In this document: positions 8,923-17,927 of the stretch, one piece after another
Position numbering within the stretch: position 1 is the first letter of the stretch
Layout of the letters: the number at the start of each line of letters is the position of its first letter
Sequence record: MT446387.1
Source of the DNA: Escherichia phage TH09
Length of the DNA stretch: 64,000 nt
Strand: one strand, 5' to 3'
Position numbers and translations under genes: made by a program
The notes under the pieces: generated by a model
The model's database searches: none
What the model was told of the DNA's origin: nothing
The model's input: the letters and a program-made list of their open reading frames with translations, nothing else

Positions 8923-8945
8923 TTTCAAAAATTTTTCACAAAACT

Positions 8946-8975
8946 GTTTACAAGCATAAAGCTTTATGGTACTAT
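8946..8975 (+). promoter_or_regulatory. early promoter (GTTTACA-N17-TACTAT), cassette type
   Basis: aaaatttttcacaaaactgtttacaagcataaagctttatggtactatacaactatc. Confidence 0.6.
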
Positions 8976-9013
8976 ACAACTATCAAAACAAATGAGTAAA
9001 TTGGAGATACAAA

Positions 9014-9214
9014 ATGACTACTTTGAATAAACGTTTCGGTAAAGCTAAATCTGGGTGTGCAGCTGAACGTCGTTATGTTTTCGCTCAGTTAGAAGATGTA
9101 GAGTATCAGATTAATCAAGTTCACATTACTGGTATCGAGCCTATGTGTGGCCTTGAAGCTCTTCGTGAAGTTCGTGACGGGTATCGTCGTGCCATCGAAG
9201 AAATGTCAAAATAA
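9014..9214 (+). CDS. hypothetical small protein
   Basis: 66 aa; SD ttggag. Confidence 0.45.
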   Translation: MTTLNKRFGKAKSGCAAERRYVFAQLEDVEYQINQVHITGIEPMCGLEALREVRDGYRRAIEEMSK

Positions 9215-9253
9215 GTATACAAACTGATAGGACTATGTTATAGTAGTCCTATC
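9215..9253 (+). promoter_or_regulatory. early promoter embedded in a perfect 10-bp inverted repeat
   Basis: gataggacta-tgttatag-tagtcctatc; TATAGT -10 in the loop; SD and ATG at 9272 follow. Confidence 0.45.
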
Positions 9254-9271
9254 AAATCAAAGGAGAATAAA

Positions 9272-10240
9272 ATGAAAACTGTAACTATCAATAAGGGTAT
9301 CTACTTCGGTAAAGAAATCTCTGGAACTTTTGAGCTCTTAGGTGAATGGTTCCCAGATAATGCTCCGGTGGATGCACAAGGAGATGGTAAAGTTTTTGTT
9401 GAAATTGACGGTAAGCGTCGCGGTGTTTGGGTTTACAAATCAGACATTTCATATGATGGTGTAAAAGTTGAAGAAGTTAAAGAATCATATGAAGATATGA
9501 AAACCCGCATTAATAAAAGATTTAATGTTATGGGAATGATGACGAATGGTATTATTAACGGAAACATTCGTTCATTAATTATCTCTGGTGCGGCAGGCAT
9601 TGGTAAAACGTATTCTTTAGATAAAGCTTTAAATAAAGCAAATGATATTGGATACATTGAATATAAAAGCATTAACGGTAAAATCTCTGGTATCGGTCTT
9701 TATGAACAGCTCTGGAATAATCGTGAAGAGAATTCTGTCCTTTTGATTGATGATGTGGATGTTTTCTCTGATATGGACATTCTTAATCTTTTGAAAGCTG
9801 CTCTGGACACTGGAGAGACCCGTAAAGTCTGCTGGAGCACTGCATCTTCTTACTTAGAAGAAAAAGGCATTGAGCGTGAGTTTGAATTTAAAGGAACGAT
9901 TGTTTTTATCACAAACGTTGACATTGACCGCGAATTAGACCGTGGTACTAAACTTGCTCCACATTTACAAGCATTAGTTTCCCGCTCGGTTTATTTAGAT
10001 TTGGGTGTTCACACTAATGAAGAAATTATGGTCAGGGTTGAAGATGTTATTCTTTCAACCGACATGATGCAAAAGCGTGGTCTTTCTGATGAAGAAACTT
10101 ATAAAGCATTATCATGGATGAAAGTCAATGTTAATCGTTTACGCAATGTTTCACTGCGTACTGCTCTTTATCTTGCTGACTTTATTATGACCGACAAAAA
10201 TGGTTGGGAAGAAATTGCTGAGGTTACTCTTCTGAAATAA
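9272..10240 (+). CDS. P-loop ATPase (AAA-like; nrdC.10-like position)
   Basis: 322 aa; Walker A GAAGIGKT, Walker B LLIDDVD. Confidence 0.55.
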   Translation: MKTVTINKGIYFGKEISGTFELLGEWFPDNAPVDAQGDGKVFVEIDGKRRGVWVYKSDISYDGVKVEEVKESYEDMKTRINKRFNVMGMMTNGIINGNIRSLIISGAAGIGKTYSLDKALNKANDIGYIEYKSINGKISGIGLYEQLWNNREENSVLLIDDVDVFSDMDILNLLKAALDTGETRKVCWSTASSYLEEKGIEREFEFKGTIVFITNVDIDRELDRGTKLAPHLQALVSRSVYLDLGVHTNEEIMVRVEDVILSTDMMQKRGLSDEETYKALSWMKVNVNRLRNVSLRTALYLADFIMTDKNGWEEIAEVTLLK

Positions 10241-10341
10241 TTCATAAGAGGCCTTCTATGACAAAAAGGCAGTTCAGAAATAGATTATATGGACTGCCAT
10301 TAAAAAGATGACTAGAATTAAACTGGTAAATGGAGGTAGTG

Positions 10342-10644
10342 ATGTTATACTCAAAGGCTCGTGAAATTTACGAAACTAAAATTAAAGAAGCAGTATTTCA
10401 GTTCGCAACAACGATGCGATGGACAAATGATTGGGAATACTCCAAGAATCATAAGAAGCCCTTGGTGACAAGAAAGGCTCATATGTTAGTGTTAATAGAC
10501 CGTGAGCAGATTAAAGCCCGAGAAGCCCTCCAGAATCATAAAAAGGCTGCCTTTGAATGGTTTATGGATAACACTGCTCCTGAGACTAAGAAAGCAGTGA
10601 GTGCGTGGTTCAGTGGAAAAAATTGTGAAAGAAGTTTCTTTTAG
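10342..10644 (+). CDS. hypothetical protein
   Basis: track ORF 10330..10644; ATG 10342 follows tggaggtagtg SD. Confidence 0.4.
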   Translation: MLYSKAREIYETKIKEAVFQFATTMRWTNDWEYSKNHKKPLVTRKAHMLVLIDREQIKAREALQNHKKAAFEWFMDNTAPETKKAVSAWFSGKNCERSFF

Positions 10645-10646
10645 TT

Positions 10647-10699
10647 GTTTACAATACCGTTCCTCTGTGGTACTATACAACTATCAACTACGGAGGAAC
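10647..10699 (+). promoter_or_regulatory. early promoter + stem-loop cassette (PeSL-like); 3' arm carries the SD
   Basis: gtttacaataccGTTCCTCtgtggtactatacaactatcaactacgGAGGAACa; 7-bp arms gttcctc/gaggaac flank the -10. Confidence 0.55.
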
Positions 10700-10704
10700 A
10701 CAAA

Positions 10705-11232
10705 ATGAACGCTAAAGATATTTTCAACCTGGTAAATTACAACGATGGTAAATTTAAATCAGAAGCACAAAGCAAGTTCTTTAATGACATCTCAATTGGA
10801 GGTGAAATCACTGTTGATGGAGGACAAATTTACAAATCCCGTTGGAATTGGATCGTTATTATTGACGAGATCGGTATTGTAGAAATTTACAAGAATACGA
10901 ATAAAAATCGTACATTACACTGGTCTCGTGATACTAACGAACAGTACAAAAAGGATAAAGCATCTAAATTATCTCGTGTAACTCAAGAAGATATTGAGTT
11001 CATCAAGAAAGATATTTTGATGTATGATAACTTAATTGCTGAAGAGCAAGCTGTTATTGATAAATTTGACGAGATTAAAGCTTCTCGTGAAATTCCTGAT
11101 TTTATGAAAGAATCAGTAAATGAACGATACAATCTCATTTCAGAGCGTATTGAAACTTACAAAAAGCAAAGAGCTGAACGCCAGAACACTCTTCGGAAGT
11201 TTGAAGAACGGTTAAAGACGGTACTCGCATAA
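10705..11232 (+). CDS. hypothetical protein with C-terminal coiled coil
   Basis: track ORF 10645..11232; start moved to ATG 10705 after cassette SD ggagg; C-terminal heptad-like ...ETYKKQRAERQNTLRKFEERLKTVLA. Confidence 0.45.
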   Translation: MNAKDIFNLVNYNDGKFKSEAQSKFFNDISIGGEITVDGGQIYKSRWNWIVIIDEIGIVEIYKNTNKNRTLHWSRDTNEQYKKDKASKLSRVTQEDIEFIKKDILMYDNLIAEEQAVIDKFDEIKASREIPDFMKESVNERYNLISERIETYKKQRAERQNTLRKFEERLKTVLA

Positions 11233-11287
11233 CCGCTTTATACCAAGGATGGTATAATGGTTCTAAGCCCTTTTAATTGAGATTATT

Positions 11288-11695
11288 ATGAAACAGTTGA
11301 TAATTAAAAGATTGAATTTATTGATATGTTGTTTATGTATAGCAATTGCATATGGTTATTATGCTATTAATGATTATATGCATTATAAAGATTATGATGT
11401 TACTGTAGTTAATACCTTTACAGGAACTCAAGGAAAGGGGTCTAGTTTATCGTTTATTGCCGTATATGAACTAAATGACGGTTATAGATTTAGCGAATAT
11501 ATTTCACCGGAGATGTATTCTTCAATAGAAAAAGGTGATAATATTACTGTAAGTTTACGTCCTTTCGACGTAAAACAGACATTGTTTGATAATATTGTTT
11601 GGTTCTTTGGAATGGTATTAGTTCAATCTGTGTGTGGTGCTTATATAGTCTGTTCCATCTTATTCTGTATATTTAGTAAAATTGAAATTGAGTGA
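11288..11695 (+). CDS. membrane protein (N- and C-terminal TM segments)
   Basis: 135 aa; hydrophobic N-terminus LLICCLCIAIAYGYY and C-terminus. Confidence 0.45.
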   Translation: MKQLIIKRLNLLICCLCIAIAYGYYAINDYMHYKDYDVTVVNTFTGTQGKGSSLSFIAVYELNDGYRFSEYISPEMYSSIEKGDNITVSLRPFDVKQTLFDNIVWFFGMVLVQSVCGAYIVCSILFCIFSKIEIE

Positions 11696-11702
11696 GGAAA
11701 AT

Positions 11703-12590
11703 ATGTCAGTAGTAATTAATAATGTCAATGCAGTAATTAAATCTTTAGTTAATAAAAAATTGAATGAATGGACTGTACTTCGTCGTGGAGAGCCAGATAA
11801 ATTTTTTCATAGATTTAACCCAACTTTGGATTTGAATGTTATTGACAGAGATGTTCATGCAGAAATTTTAGATAAGTTTAAAGTTGATATTGGATTTGGA
11901 TTAGAAAAACATTTACAGCGAACAAACGGATCTGGAATGAGTTTATCTAATCGCATTATGAAAGCACTTAATAAAATTGGAGCATTGTCTCGTATTAACG
12001 CGAGTGAAATCCTTCGCAATTATAATAAAGGATACGACCTTTATGGTCGACTAATGCCGAAATTATCATTTGACCAAATGATTGCGGATTTGTGGGAAAA
12101 TCAACGACGATTATTAGCATTAGGCGCTCGATTAGCTAAAGGTCTAGATAAACAAATGATTTTTAAGACCAATAATACAGAAGACCTTAAATGCTTTAAA
12201 TTTAGTATTCGCGGAGATGATTATTACATCAGAGCTCGCTCTACAGATTATGTTAATATGGGGCATCATCTCTGTTTAGCTTTTGAAGTTTTAAAAGAAG
12301 TCGGAACATTAGAATATTCATCTGGTGCAAAATGTCCAATTGGTTCAAGTTGTATTTTAATTTATCGCCCGGATGAATCCAGTTCAACTAAATTGCCTAC
12401 AAAACCTGTACCAGTTCGTAGTAACGAAAAACATTCTGAACAAATTGATTATTTTAATAAGCAAATTGAAGAGCTGAATATTTCTATTCAACAGTATGAC
12501 GATGAAATTTTCAGACTATCTGGATTGAGTAGTAAAGCTAAATCTGAGCGTGAAAAATTAATTAAAATTGTTGATTTACTTAAATCTTAA
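11703..12590 (+). CDS. hypothetical protein with C-terminal coiled-coil tail
   Basis: track ORF 11682..12590; ATG 11703 after gaggaaa SD; C-terminus ...IEELNISIQQYDDEIFRLSGLSSKAKSEREKLIKIVDLLKS. Confidence 0.45.
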   Translation: MSVVINNVNAVIKSLVNKKLNEWTVLRRGEPDKFFHRFNPTLDLNVIDRDVHAEILDKFKVDIGFGLEKHLQRTNGSGMSLSNRIMKALNKIGALSRINASEILRNYNKGYDLYGRLMPKLSFDQMIADLWENQRRLLALGARLAKGLDKQMIFKTNNTEDLKCFKFSIRGDDYYIRARSTDYVNMGHHLCLAFEVLKEVGTLEYSSGAKCPIGSSCILIYRPDESSSTKLPTKPVPVRSNEKHSEQIDYFNKQIEELNISIQQYDDEIFRLSGLSSKAKSEREKLIKIVDLLKS

Positions 12591-12598
12591 GGAACACT

Positions 12599-13624
12599 AT
12601 GAAAACTCGTTCTCAAATTGAAGATATGGTTCGTAATGCCAGCTATACTCGTGATGTTATGACATTTTTGTGCCAAAATAATTTAGACCCTGATAAAGTT
12701 AATCGTGATATTCACTTTAAGTATATGAATAGCAGTGAATGGTTACGTCATTTTGATAAAGCTGGATATATTACACAAATGACTGCTCGTGAGCAGCTCA
12801 CCGATTTCTGTAAAACTATTGATTATAAAAATCCTCTATTTGTTCAAGGCGTCGGTCAGAGTAAGGTTGATTTATCAACAGGATTTTTTAATCCAAATCA
12901 TTATCGTCTTGAATGGAGATTTATTGCTCTATTCCGTAAACAATTAAAGCAAATTTTGTCTACTGCTAGTCGATTAAAAGGCTCTGATATTAACTTAAAG
13001 AATTTGAAATTTGATGGTTATACTCTTCAGATGGAAGTAAGACCGTTAAAAGAAAATAATAGAACTGCACGAATTAGCTTTAAACCTAATACAAAAAATT
13101 CTCTTTCAATTTGTGAATGTCTTAAATCACAGTTGACAGAAGCATTTAAGTATATGGATGTTGTTGCTGCTGTTCAATCTAAGATTTTACCTCGTTTTGA
13201 ACGATTTAAATTAGACACAACAACATATGAACTTGATATGGTTGTTTCATTTAAATATGATTTTTTGAGAAAGGACGAAGTCCCGCAAGAGAAAAAGCAG
13301 GAAGTACAAGATAACTTAAATTTAAATTTATCCAATTACTTATCAAACGATCCTAAATTTTGGATGTATAGTTCAGGTAATAAAGATGCATGGAAATTTA
13401 ATAAAGTGAATTTTCTTCCTATTGAAAATCCGAGTCTTAAACCTGTTGAAAAATGGCATGCAGATGCGATTGAGAAGTCTATCAAGGCAGTAGATGATGA
13501 ACTCGTTAAAGCAACTAATGAAGTGCTAGAAGCTGAAAAGATGTTGGAAAAAGCTCAAGAAAAAGTCAAAAATCTTACGAAGCAACGTTCTAAACTGAAC
13601 AATGCACTAAATGCACTGAACTAG
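12599..13624 (+). CDS. hypothetical protein with C-terminal coiled-coil tail
   Basis: 341 aa; C-terminus ...VLEAEKMLEKAQEKVKNLTKQRSKLNNALNALN. Confidence 0.45.
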   Translation: MKTRSQIEDMVRNASYTRDVMTFLCQNNLDPDKVNRDIHFKYMNSSEWLRHFDKAGYITQMTAREQLTDFCKTIDYKNPLFVQGVGQSKVDLSTGFFNPNHYRLEWRFIALFRKQLKQILSTASRLKGSDINLKNLKFDGYTLQMEVRPLKENNRTARISFKPNTKNSLSICECLKSQLTEAFKYMDVVAAVQSKILPRFERFKLDTTTYELDMVVSFKYDFLRKDEVPQEKKQEVQDNLNLNLSNYLSNDPKFWMYSSGNKDAWKFNKVNFLPIENPSLKPVEKWHADAIEKSIKAVDDELVKATNEVLEAEKMLEKAQEKVKNLTKQRSKLNNALNALN

Positions 13625-13653
13625 TTTACTTTGCCACAAGGATGTGGTATAAT
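13624..13653 (+). promoter_or_regulatory. early promoter (GTTTACT-N17-TATAAT)
   Basis: agtttactttgccacaaggatgtggtataat; 31/32 identical to promoter at 58748..58777; lies within the 3' end of the upstream gene. Confidence 0.55.
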
Positions 13654-13681
13654 GTTCTTACTTTCTACTGAGGAGATTAAT

Positions 13682-14683
13682 ATGACTCGTAACGAATATA
13701 TCAAATCATTCAATAGCGTTATTGATGATAAAGCTATACCGATGTTTGGTCAAAATATCGTTCTTTCTATTATCAATCAATGGCTCAATAGTGTTGATGC
13801 AAGTATTGTTTCTTCTACTAAATTTATTCATGAAATTCGTAAAATTTCTAGCCGTGTAGATAAAGATGTTATCAAGAAAACTTTTAAAGAGTCTCGTCTT
13901 CTTTCATATTTGGTTAATCGGGATATTCTTGGTAATTTTGGGAAAGAAATTAAACGAACCAAAGATGTAGTAGGATATAATTGGTTCGGTGATGTTAATT
14001 CTTATCATCTTAATAATAAAGAAGACCCTGAGAATATTTTTACTCGTCGTTGGATTAGTAATTTCAGACTTTTCAAAGGACAAATTCTAAAATCAGCTTC
14101 TAAATTATGTTATGGCGATTATCGTCAAATTCATCCTTTGGCTTCTGATATGATTATCGTAAAAGAATATGAGCTTGATGAAAATAAAGTAGCTATTTTT
14201 GTGAATTATGGATTTTTTACACCAAACGCTAACCAAAAGAATATTAATAAATTTTTCTCAATTGCTAGCACTATAACTCGTCAGTTAGAGACTGCATTAC
14301 TTTGTATGGAAACAGTAGAAAATATTCATACATATCCTTTTAAGAATATATGCGGATGGGAAGGATATAAAATTGTAATTAGTCTTCGTGAAGTGAAATG
14401 TGCTTATTCACTGACTGATAAAGAAATTTACCAACAAAAATGTGATGAAATTGTGAATACTCCTAAAGAAGAAACTACCCTTGAGGAATTAATGGAATGT
14501 CTTGACGATTCACCTGAATCGGTAGAAATTCGTCCAGAAGTTATTGCACTAGAAAAAGCTTATAAAGAAGTTCTAGAAATTTCTAATAAAGCGCAGAAAG
14601 AATATGAGCAGGCTAAAAAGATTTGGGAAGAATCTGTCAATCGCTTGGATCGTCTTGAACAAGCTTTACAGTTAATTAAGTAA
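13682..14683 (+). CDS. hypothetical protein with C-terminal coiled-coil tail
   Basis: track ORF 13631..14683; ATG 13682 after gaggag SD; C-terminus ...KAQKEYEQAKKIWEESVNRLDRLEQALQLIK. Confidence 0.45.
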   Translation: MTRNEYIKSFNSVIDDKAIPMFGQNIVLSIINQWLNSVDASIVSSTKFIHEIRKISSRVDKDVIKKTFKESRLLSYLVNRDILGNFGKEIKRTKDVVGYNWFGDVNSYHLNNKEDPENIFTRRWISNFRLFKGQILKSASKLCYGDYRQIHPLASDMIIVKEYELDENKVAIFVNYGFFTPNANQKNINKFFSIASTITRQLETALLCMETVENIHTYPFKNICGWEGYKIVISLREVKCAYSLTDKEIYQQKCDEIVNTPKEETTLEELMECLDDSPESVEIRPEVIALEKAYKEVLEISNKAQKEYEQAKKIWEESVNRLDRLEQALQLIK

Positions 14684-14735
14684 TTTAAAGCCAAGGATGG
14701 CTCGGAGCATAAATCATTAACCAAGTGAGAAGAAC

Positions 14736-15665
14736 ATGAAAACTCGTAAACATTACATTGATTATTTTGACAGTCTTATTACTAAACATCGTAATTATCA
14801 GATCGGACACAGAGCAGTAATCAATAATATTCTTCGTGATTTCCTTCAATATGTTGGCCAGGAAAATCATATCTGTAAAGATACTCAAAACGCTTATTCT
14901 CATTCGTTAGGTAATTTGCTTGAATGGTTTAAACGTTCTCGTATGTTATCTTCTACTGTAGCTCACGATAACATTAAAAACTTTATGAAGCCGAGCTTTA
15001 TTAAATCTGAGACATCTATAACCGATTTGGTTGAATTTACTATTGTTAACGATGTTAAAAAGACTCATTTGGCTGATTGGTTATCTACCATTCCTGAAAC
15101 TAAATTTGCTGATAAATTTGCTTGTCAATTCAATGACCAAGTGAATATGCTTTTTAAGCATGCTCGCAAACTGTTTACCGCGGGTGATGACCGTACAAAT
15201 ACAGTTCATGTTAAGGACTGGGTTATTGCTGATGAAGTAACACACAAGCCAGGTGGTTCATCAGTATTAATTAATATCCAGGTTCCTTATTATTACTCAC
15301 GTAATCTCGGCACCATGACAGCTAAAGAAATTAATAAGCACAACAAAACTATTCGTTCGTTGTCTTATAAACTCCGCATGATGTTAAAAATTATGGACGT
15401 AGTGGAAATGTATGACGAAACCGAAGATAATGGTTCAATGTTATACAGTTCACGCATTCTAATTAAACTGAAGAACCCTAATACATATAAGACAGTTGTA
15501 AAAGAGCCTAAAGTAGAAAAGGTTGATAATCTGAGTGAAGAACGTGAATATCTCAATGCCCGTTTGATTGAAGTTGAAGCCCAAATTGCAGAACACACCA
15601 AATTGTTAAAAGCTCTTAATGCAAAAGCAAATGGTTTACGTAATGCTATTGAGGTATTGAAATGA
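14736..15665 (+). CDS. hypothetical protein with C-terminal coiled-coil tail
   Basis: 309 aa; C-terminus ...[41 protein letters not shown]. Confidence 0.45.
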   Translation: MKTRKHYIDYFDSLITKHRNYQIGHRAVINNILRDFLQYVGQENHICKDTQNAYSHSLGNLLEWFKRSRMLSSTVAHDNIKNFMKPSFIKSETSITDLVEFTIVNDVKKTHLADWLSTIPETKFADKFACQFNDQVNMLFKHARKLFTAGDDRTNTVHVKDWVIADEVTHKPGGSSVLINIQVPYYYSRNLGTMTAKEINKHNKTIRSLSYKLRMMLKIMDVVEMYDETEDNGSMLYSSRILIKLKNPNTYKTVVKEPKVEKVDNLSEEREYLNARLIEVEAQIAEHTKLLKALNAKANGLRNAIEVLK

Positions 15666-16051
15666 AAAAGCGTTTATTAGAAGACATTGCAGCTTCAAGT
15701 AATTCCAGTTTAATTAAAATTATTATGGCTGGTGAGGAAGATGATATGGAAATGCGTGGAAAGATTCACGGCTGCGACGATTTAGATTTTAAACCTCCAG
15801 CATGGGATGCTATTATGGTTATGGTTGAACGACGTGAAAGAGCTTCTAAAAACGTTCCTAATTGCCCTGAATGCGGTACTGAACAAGTTCAATTGATTAA
15901 CTGGCGTAAACCAGAGCTTGAATATAAATGCCGTCAATGTAAACATAAATTCAGTAAGCATGCTCCGGAAATGGTTAAATTGCCTGACTCTACTGAGTTC
16001 TTTAAAGAACTTGTGAGTGTTCAACCAATGCCTAATAATATTTTGGATTAA
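15662..16051 (+). CDS. zinc-ribbon-containing hypothetical protein
   Basis: 129 aa; CPECG...CRQCKH. Confidence 0.4.
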   Translation: MKKRLLEDIAASSNSSLIKIIMAGEEDDMEMRGKIHGCDDLDFKPPAWDAIMVMVERRERASKNVPNCPECGTEQVQLINWRKPELEYKCRQCKHKFSKHAPEMVKLPDSTEFFKELVSVQPMPNNILD

Positions 16052-16053
16052 AA

Positions 16054-16296
16054 ATGACCAAGCGTAAAGAATATATGGAGACTGCTGAAAAGGCAGTCCG
16101 TGAATTAGCAATAGCTTATTATAATGAACACGGTAAATTTCCTGATAGATGCAGCGTGCTTAAATCTGCTTTAACTCGTTCATACAAAAATATGCTATCA
16201 GAAGTAAGTGATATTATATACAAACATAAAGAACAAACAGGCCAAAGTCTTGATTACGATGAGACTTTTAAACAAGTACTAGGAATTAAGGAATAA
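16054..16296 (+). CDS. hypothetical protein
   Basis: 80-aa ORF directly upstream of nrdC. Confidence 0.4.
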   Translation: MTKRKEYMETAEKAVRELAIAYYNEHGKFPDRCSVLKSALTRSYKNMLSEVSDIIYKHKEQTGQSLDYDETFKQVLGIKE

Positions 16297-16297
16297 T

Positions 16298-16561
16298 ATG
16301 TTTAAAGTATATGGTTATGATAGCAACATCCATAAATGTGTGTATTGTGATAATGCAAAGCGTCTTTTGACCGTGAAGAAACAGCCGTTTGAATTTATCA
16401 ACATTATGCCGGAAAAAGGTGTTTTTGATGATGAGAAAATCGCTGAGCTTCTGACTAAACTAGGTCGTGATACTCAAATCGGCTTGACAATGCCCCAGGT
16501 ATTTGCTCCTGATGGAAGTCATATTGGTGGATTTGACCAACTGCGAGAATATTTTAAATGA
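16298..16561 (+). CDS. nrdC: phage thioredoxin/glutaredoxin NrdC
   Basis: 87 aa; active-site CVYC; MFKVYGYDSNIHKCVYCDNAKRL matches T4 NrdC. Confidence 0.85.
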   Translation: MFKVYGYDSNIHKCVYCDNAKRLLTVKKQPFEFINIMPEKGVFDDEKIAELLTKLGRDTQIGLTMPQVFAPDGSHIGGFDQLREYFK

Positions 16562-16773
16562 TGCTCGAAGGAACTGACTATATTCATGATTACCGCGGAA
16601 GCGCGGTATATGTAGGTGATGAAGTTGCAGTTTATTATGGGTATGGAACTTTGATGACAGCCAAGGTTATTCAAATTAAAAATAACCGTGCTAAACTTGA
16701 AGTTTATTATTCTAATGGCGAAAAGTCTATTTCTAAGTGGAAATATGGCGATTGTATGGTTAAACTGGGGTAA
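16558..16773 (+). CDS. hypothetical small protein
   Basis: 71 aa, ATGA overlap with nrdC. Confidence 0.4.
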   Translation: MMLEGTDYIHDYRGSAVYVGDEVAVYYGYGTLMTAKVIQIKNNRAKLEVYYSNGEKSISKWKYGDCMVKLG

Positions 16774-16775
16774 AT

Positions 16776-16946
16776 ATGATTTACGATATTAGTGTATCAA
16801 GAACTCCGTCAATGGTTACTATTCCAGCCGAAGAACTAGATCGTCTTCAGAAAATTGAAGAACTTCTTTGGGAAATTGAATGTGACCTGCCATCGGGGCT
16901 AGAATCCTGGATTGATGATGAAGAACTTAATAAATTGCGAAATTAA
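16776..16946 (+). CDS. hypothetical small acidic protein
   Basis: about 56-aa ORF not in track; ATG 2 nt after upstream stop. Confidence 0.3.
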   Translation: MIYDISVSRTPSMVTIPAEELDRLQKIEELLWEIECDLPSGLESWIDDEELNKLRN

Positions 16947-16956
16947 TTGGTGAAAA

Positions 16957-17277
16957 ATGACTATTGAAAATAAATTAGATGTTGATGCAGTTCTGAGCGA
17001 AATCATTGAAGACCATGATGCATTTTCGGAAAACTATGATTTCGATTTTTCCGATTATCTTAAACCTGTCGAAATAGAAGACTGGGTGCAAGATGGTAAA
17101 TGTCAATATCGTCAGTGTGTTTACTTTAGTCCAAAACATAATGTACATGTGGCTGTAAATGAATCTCGGTCAGGTTCTTATCATTCTGACTGGTATTATG
17201 CAGTTCCGACTGTTGAACTAGTCGAGCCCCATGAACGTGTAGTAACTCAGACAGTACGAGAATGGATTACGCTATAA
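16957..17277 (+). CDS. hypothetical protein
   Basis: 106-aa acidic ORF. Confidence 0.4.
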   Translation: MTIENKLDVDAVLSEIIEDHDAFSENYDFDFSDYLKPVEIEDWVQDGKCQYRQCVYFSPKHNVHVAVNESRSGSYHSDWYYAVPTVELVEPHERVVTQTVREWITL

Positions 17278-17400
17278 AACCTTGGTGGGCGGCTAGATGG
17301 GAAACTGTAGAGCCAGAGCCGGAAGAACCGGTTTACACTGATGAAGAAACAGTATATAATGAACCAACGATAAATGACTTAATTGATATGGAGATGGGAC

Positions 17401-17886
17401 ATGATTACAGTAGATAAGTGGTTTAGAATTAATCGTGCTGATACAGGGCTGTGTAATTACTGGCCGGAACTTAGTGCAGGTACTGTCTTTAAAGTTCGTG
17501 AACTTGCAAAAGAATGTGAAGATGATATAGAGCCTGATACTGGAATTATTGAAATTGAACTTTCTGATGGAAAGATTATTAACATCTACGATAAGCCAAT
17601 TACGTATTGGTGCTTGTGGAATACTGAATCAGTAGAAAATGGCGAAATTGAAGAAGTTGTAGATAGAACTAATCAAGTTGTTCAGAAGCCTAAAGCTGAT
17701 TTTCAAGGTGAACGTATTTCATACGCATTAGCTAAATTAGCTGCACAAGAAAATAACGATGGCTATGAAGGAAATTTAATGCAAGCTGCCGCAGAGTACA
17801 TTGAATGGCTTGAAACTCAAATTTCTTTTTCTGACCAAAAGATTCGGCAATATAAGCGATTGAATCAAATGTTTTACAATACTTGA
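17401..17886 (+). CDS. pin: hypothetical protein (Pin protease-inhibitor-like position and size)
   Basis: 161 aa from ATG 17401 (track ORF begins at an upstream TTG); lies immediately upstream of gene 49 as pin does in T4; identity not verified. Confidence 0.35.
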   Translation: MITVDKWFRINRADTGLCNYWPELSAGTVFKVRELAKECEDDIEPDTGIIEIELSDGKIINIYDKPITYWCLWNTESVENGEIEEVVDRTNQVVQKPKADFQGERISYALAKLAAQENNDGYEGNLMQAAAEYIEWLETQISFSDQKIRQYKRLNQMFYNT

Positions 17887-17927
17887 AAATAATAAATACC
17901 CTTATCTATTTAAGGTAAGGGTTTATT

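Noticed and set aside
17262-17417. 51-aa ORF (MDYAIKPWWAARWETVEPEPEEPVYTDEE...) overlapping the end of ORF 16957..17277
   Set aside because: Weak SD and overlap with both neighbours; left unannotated.
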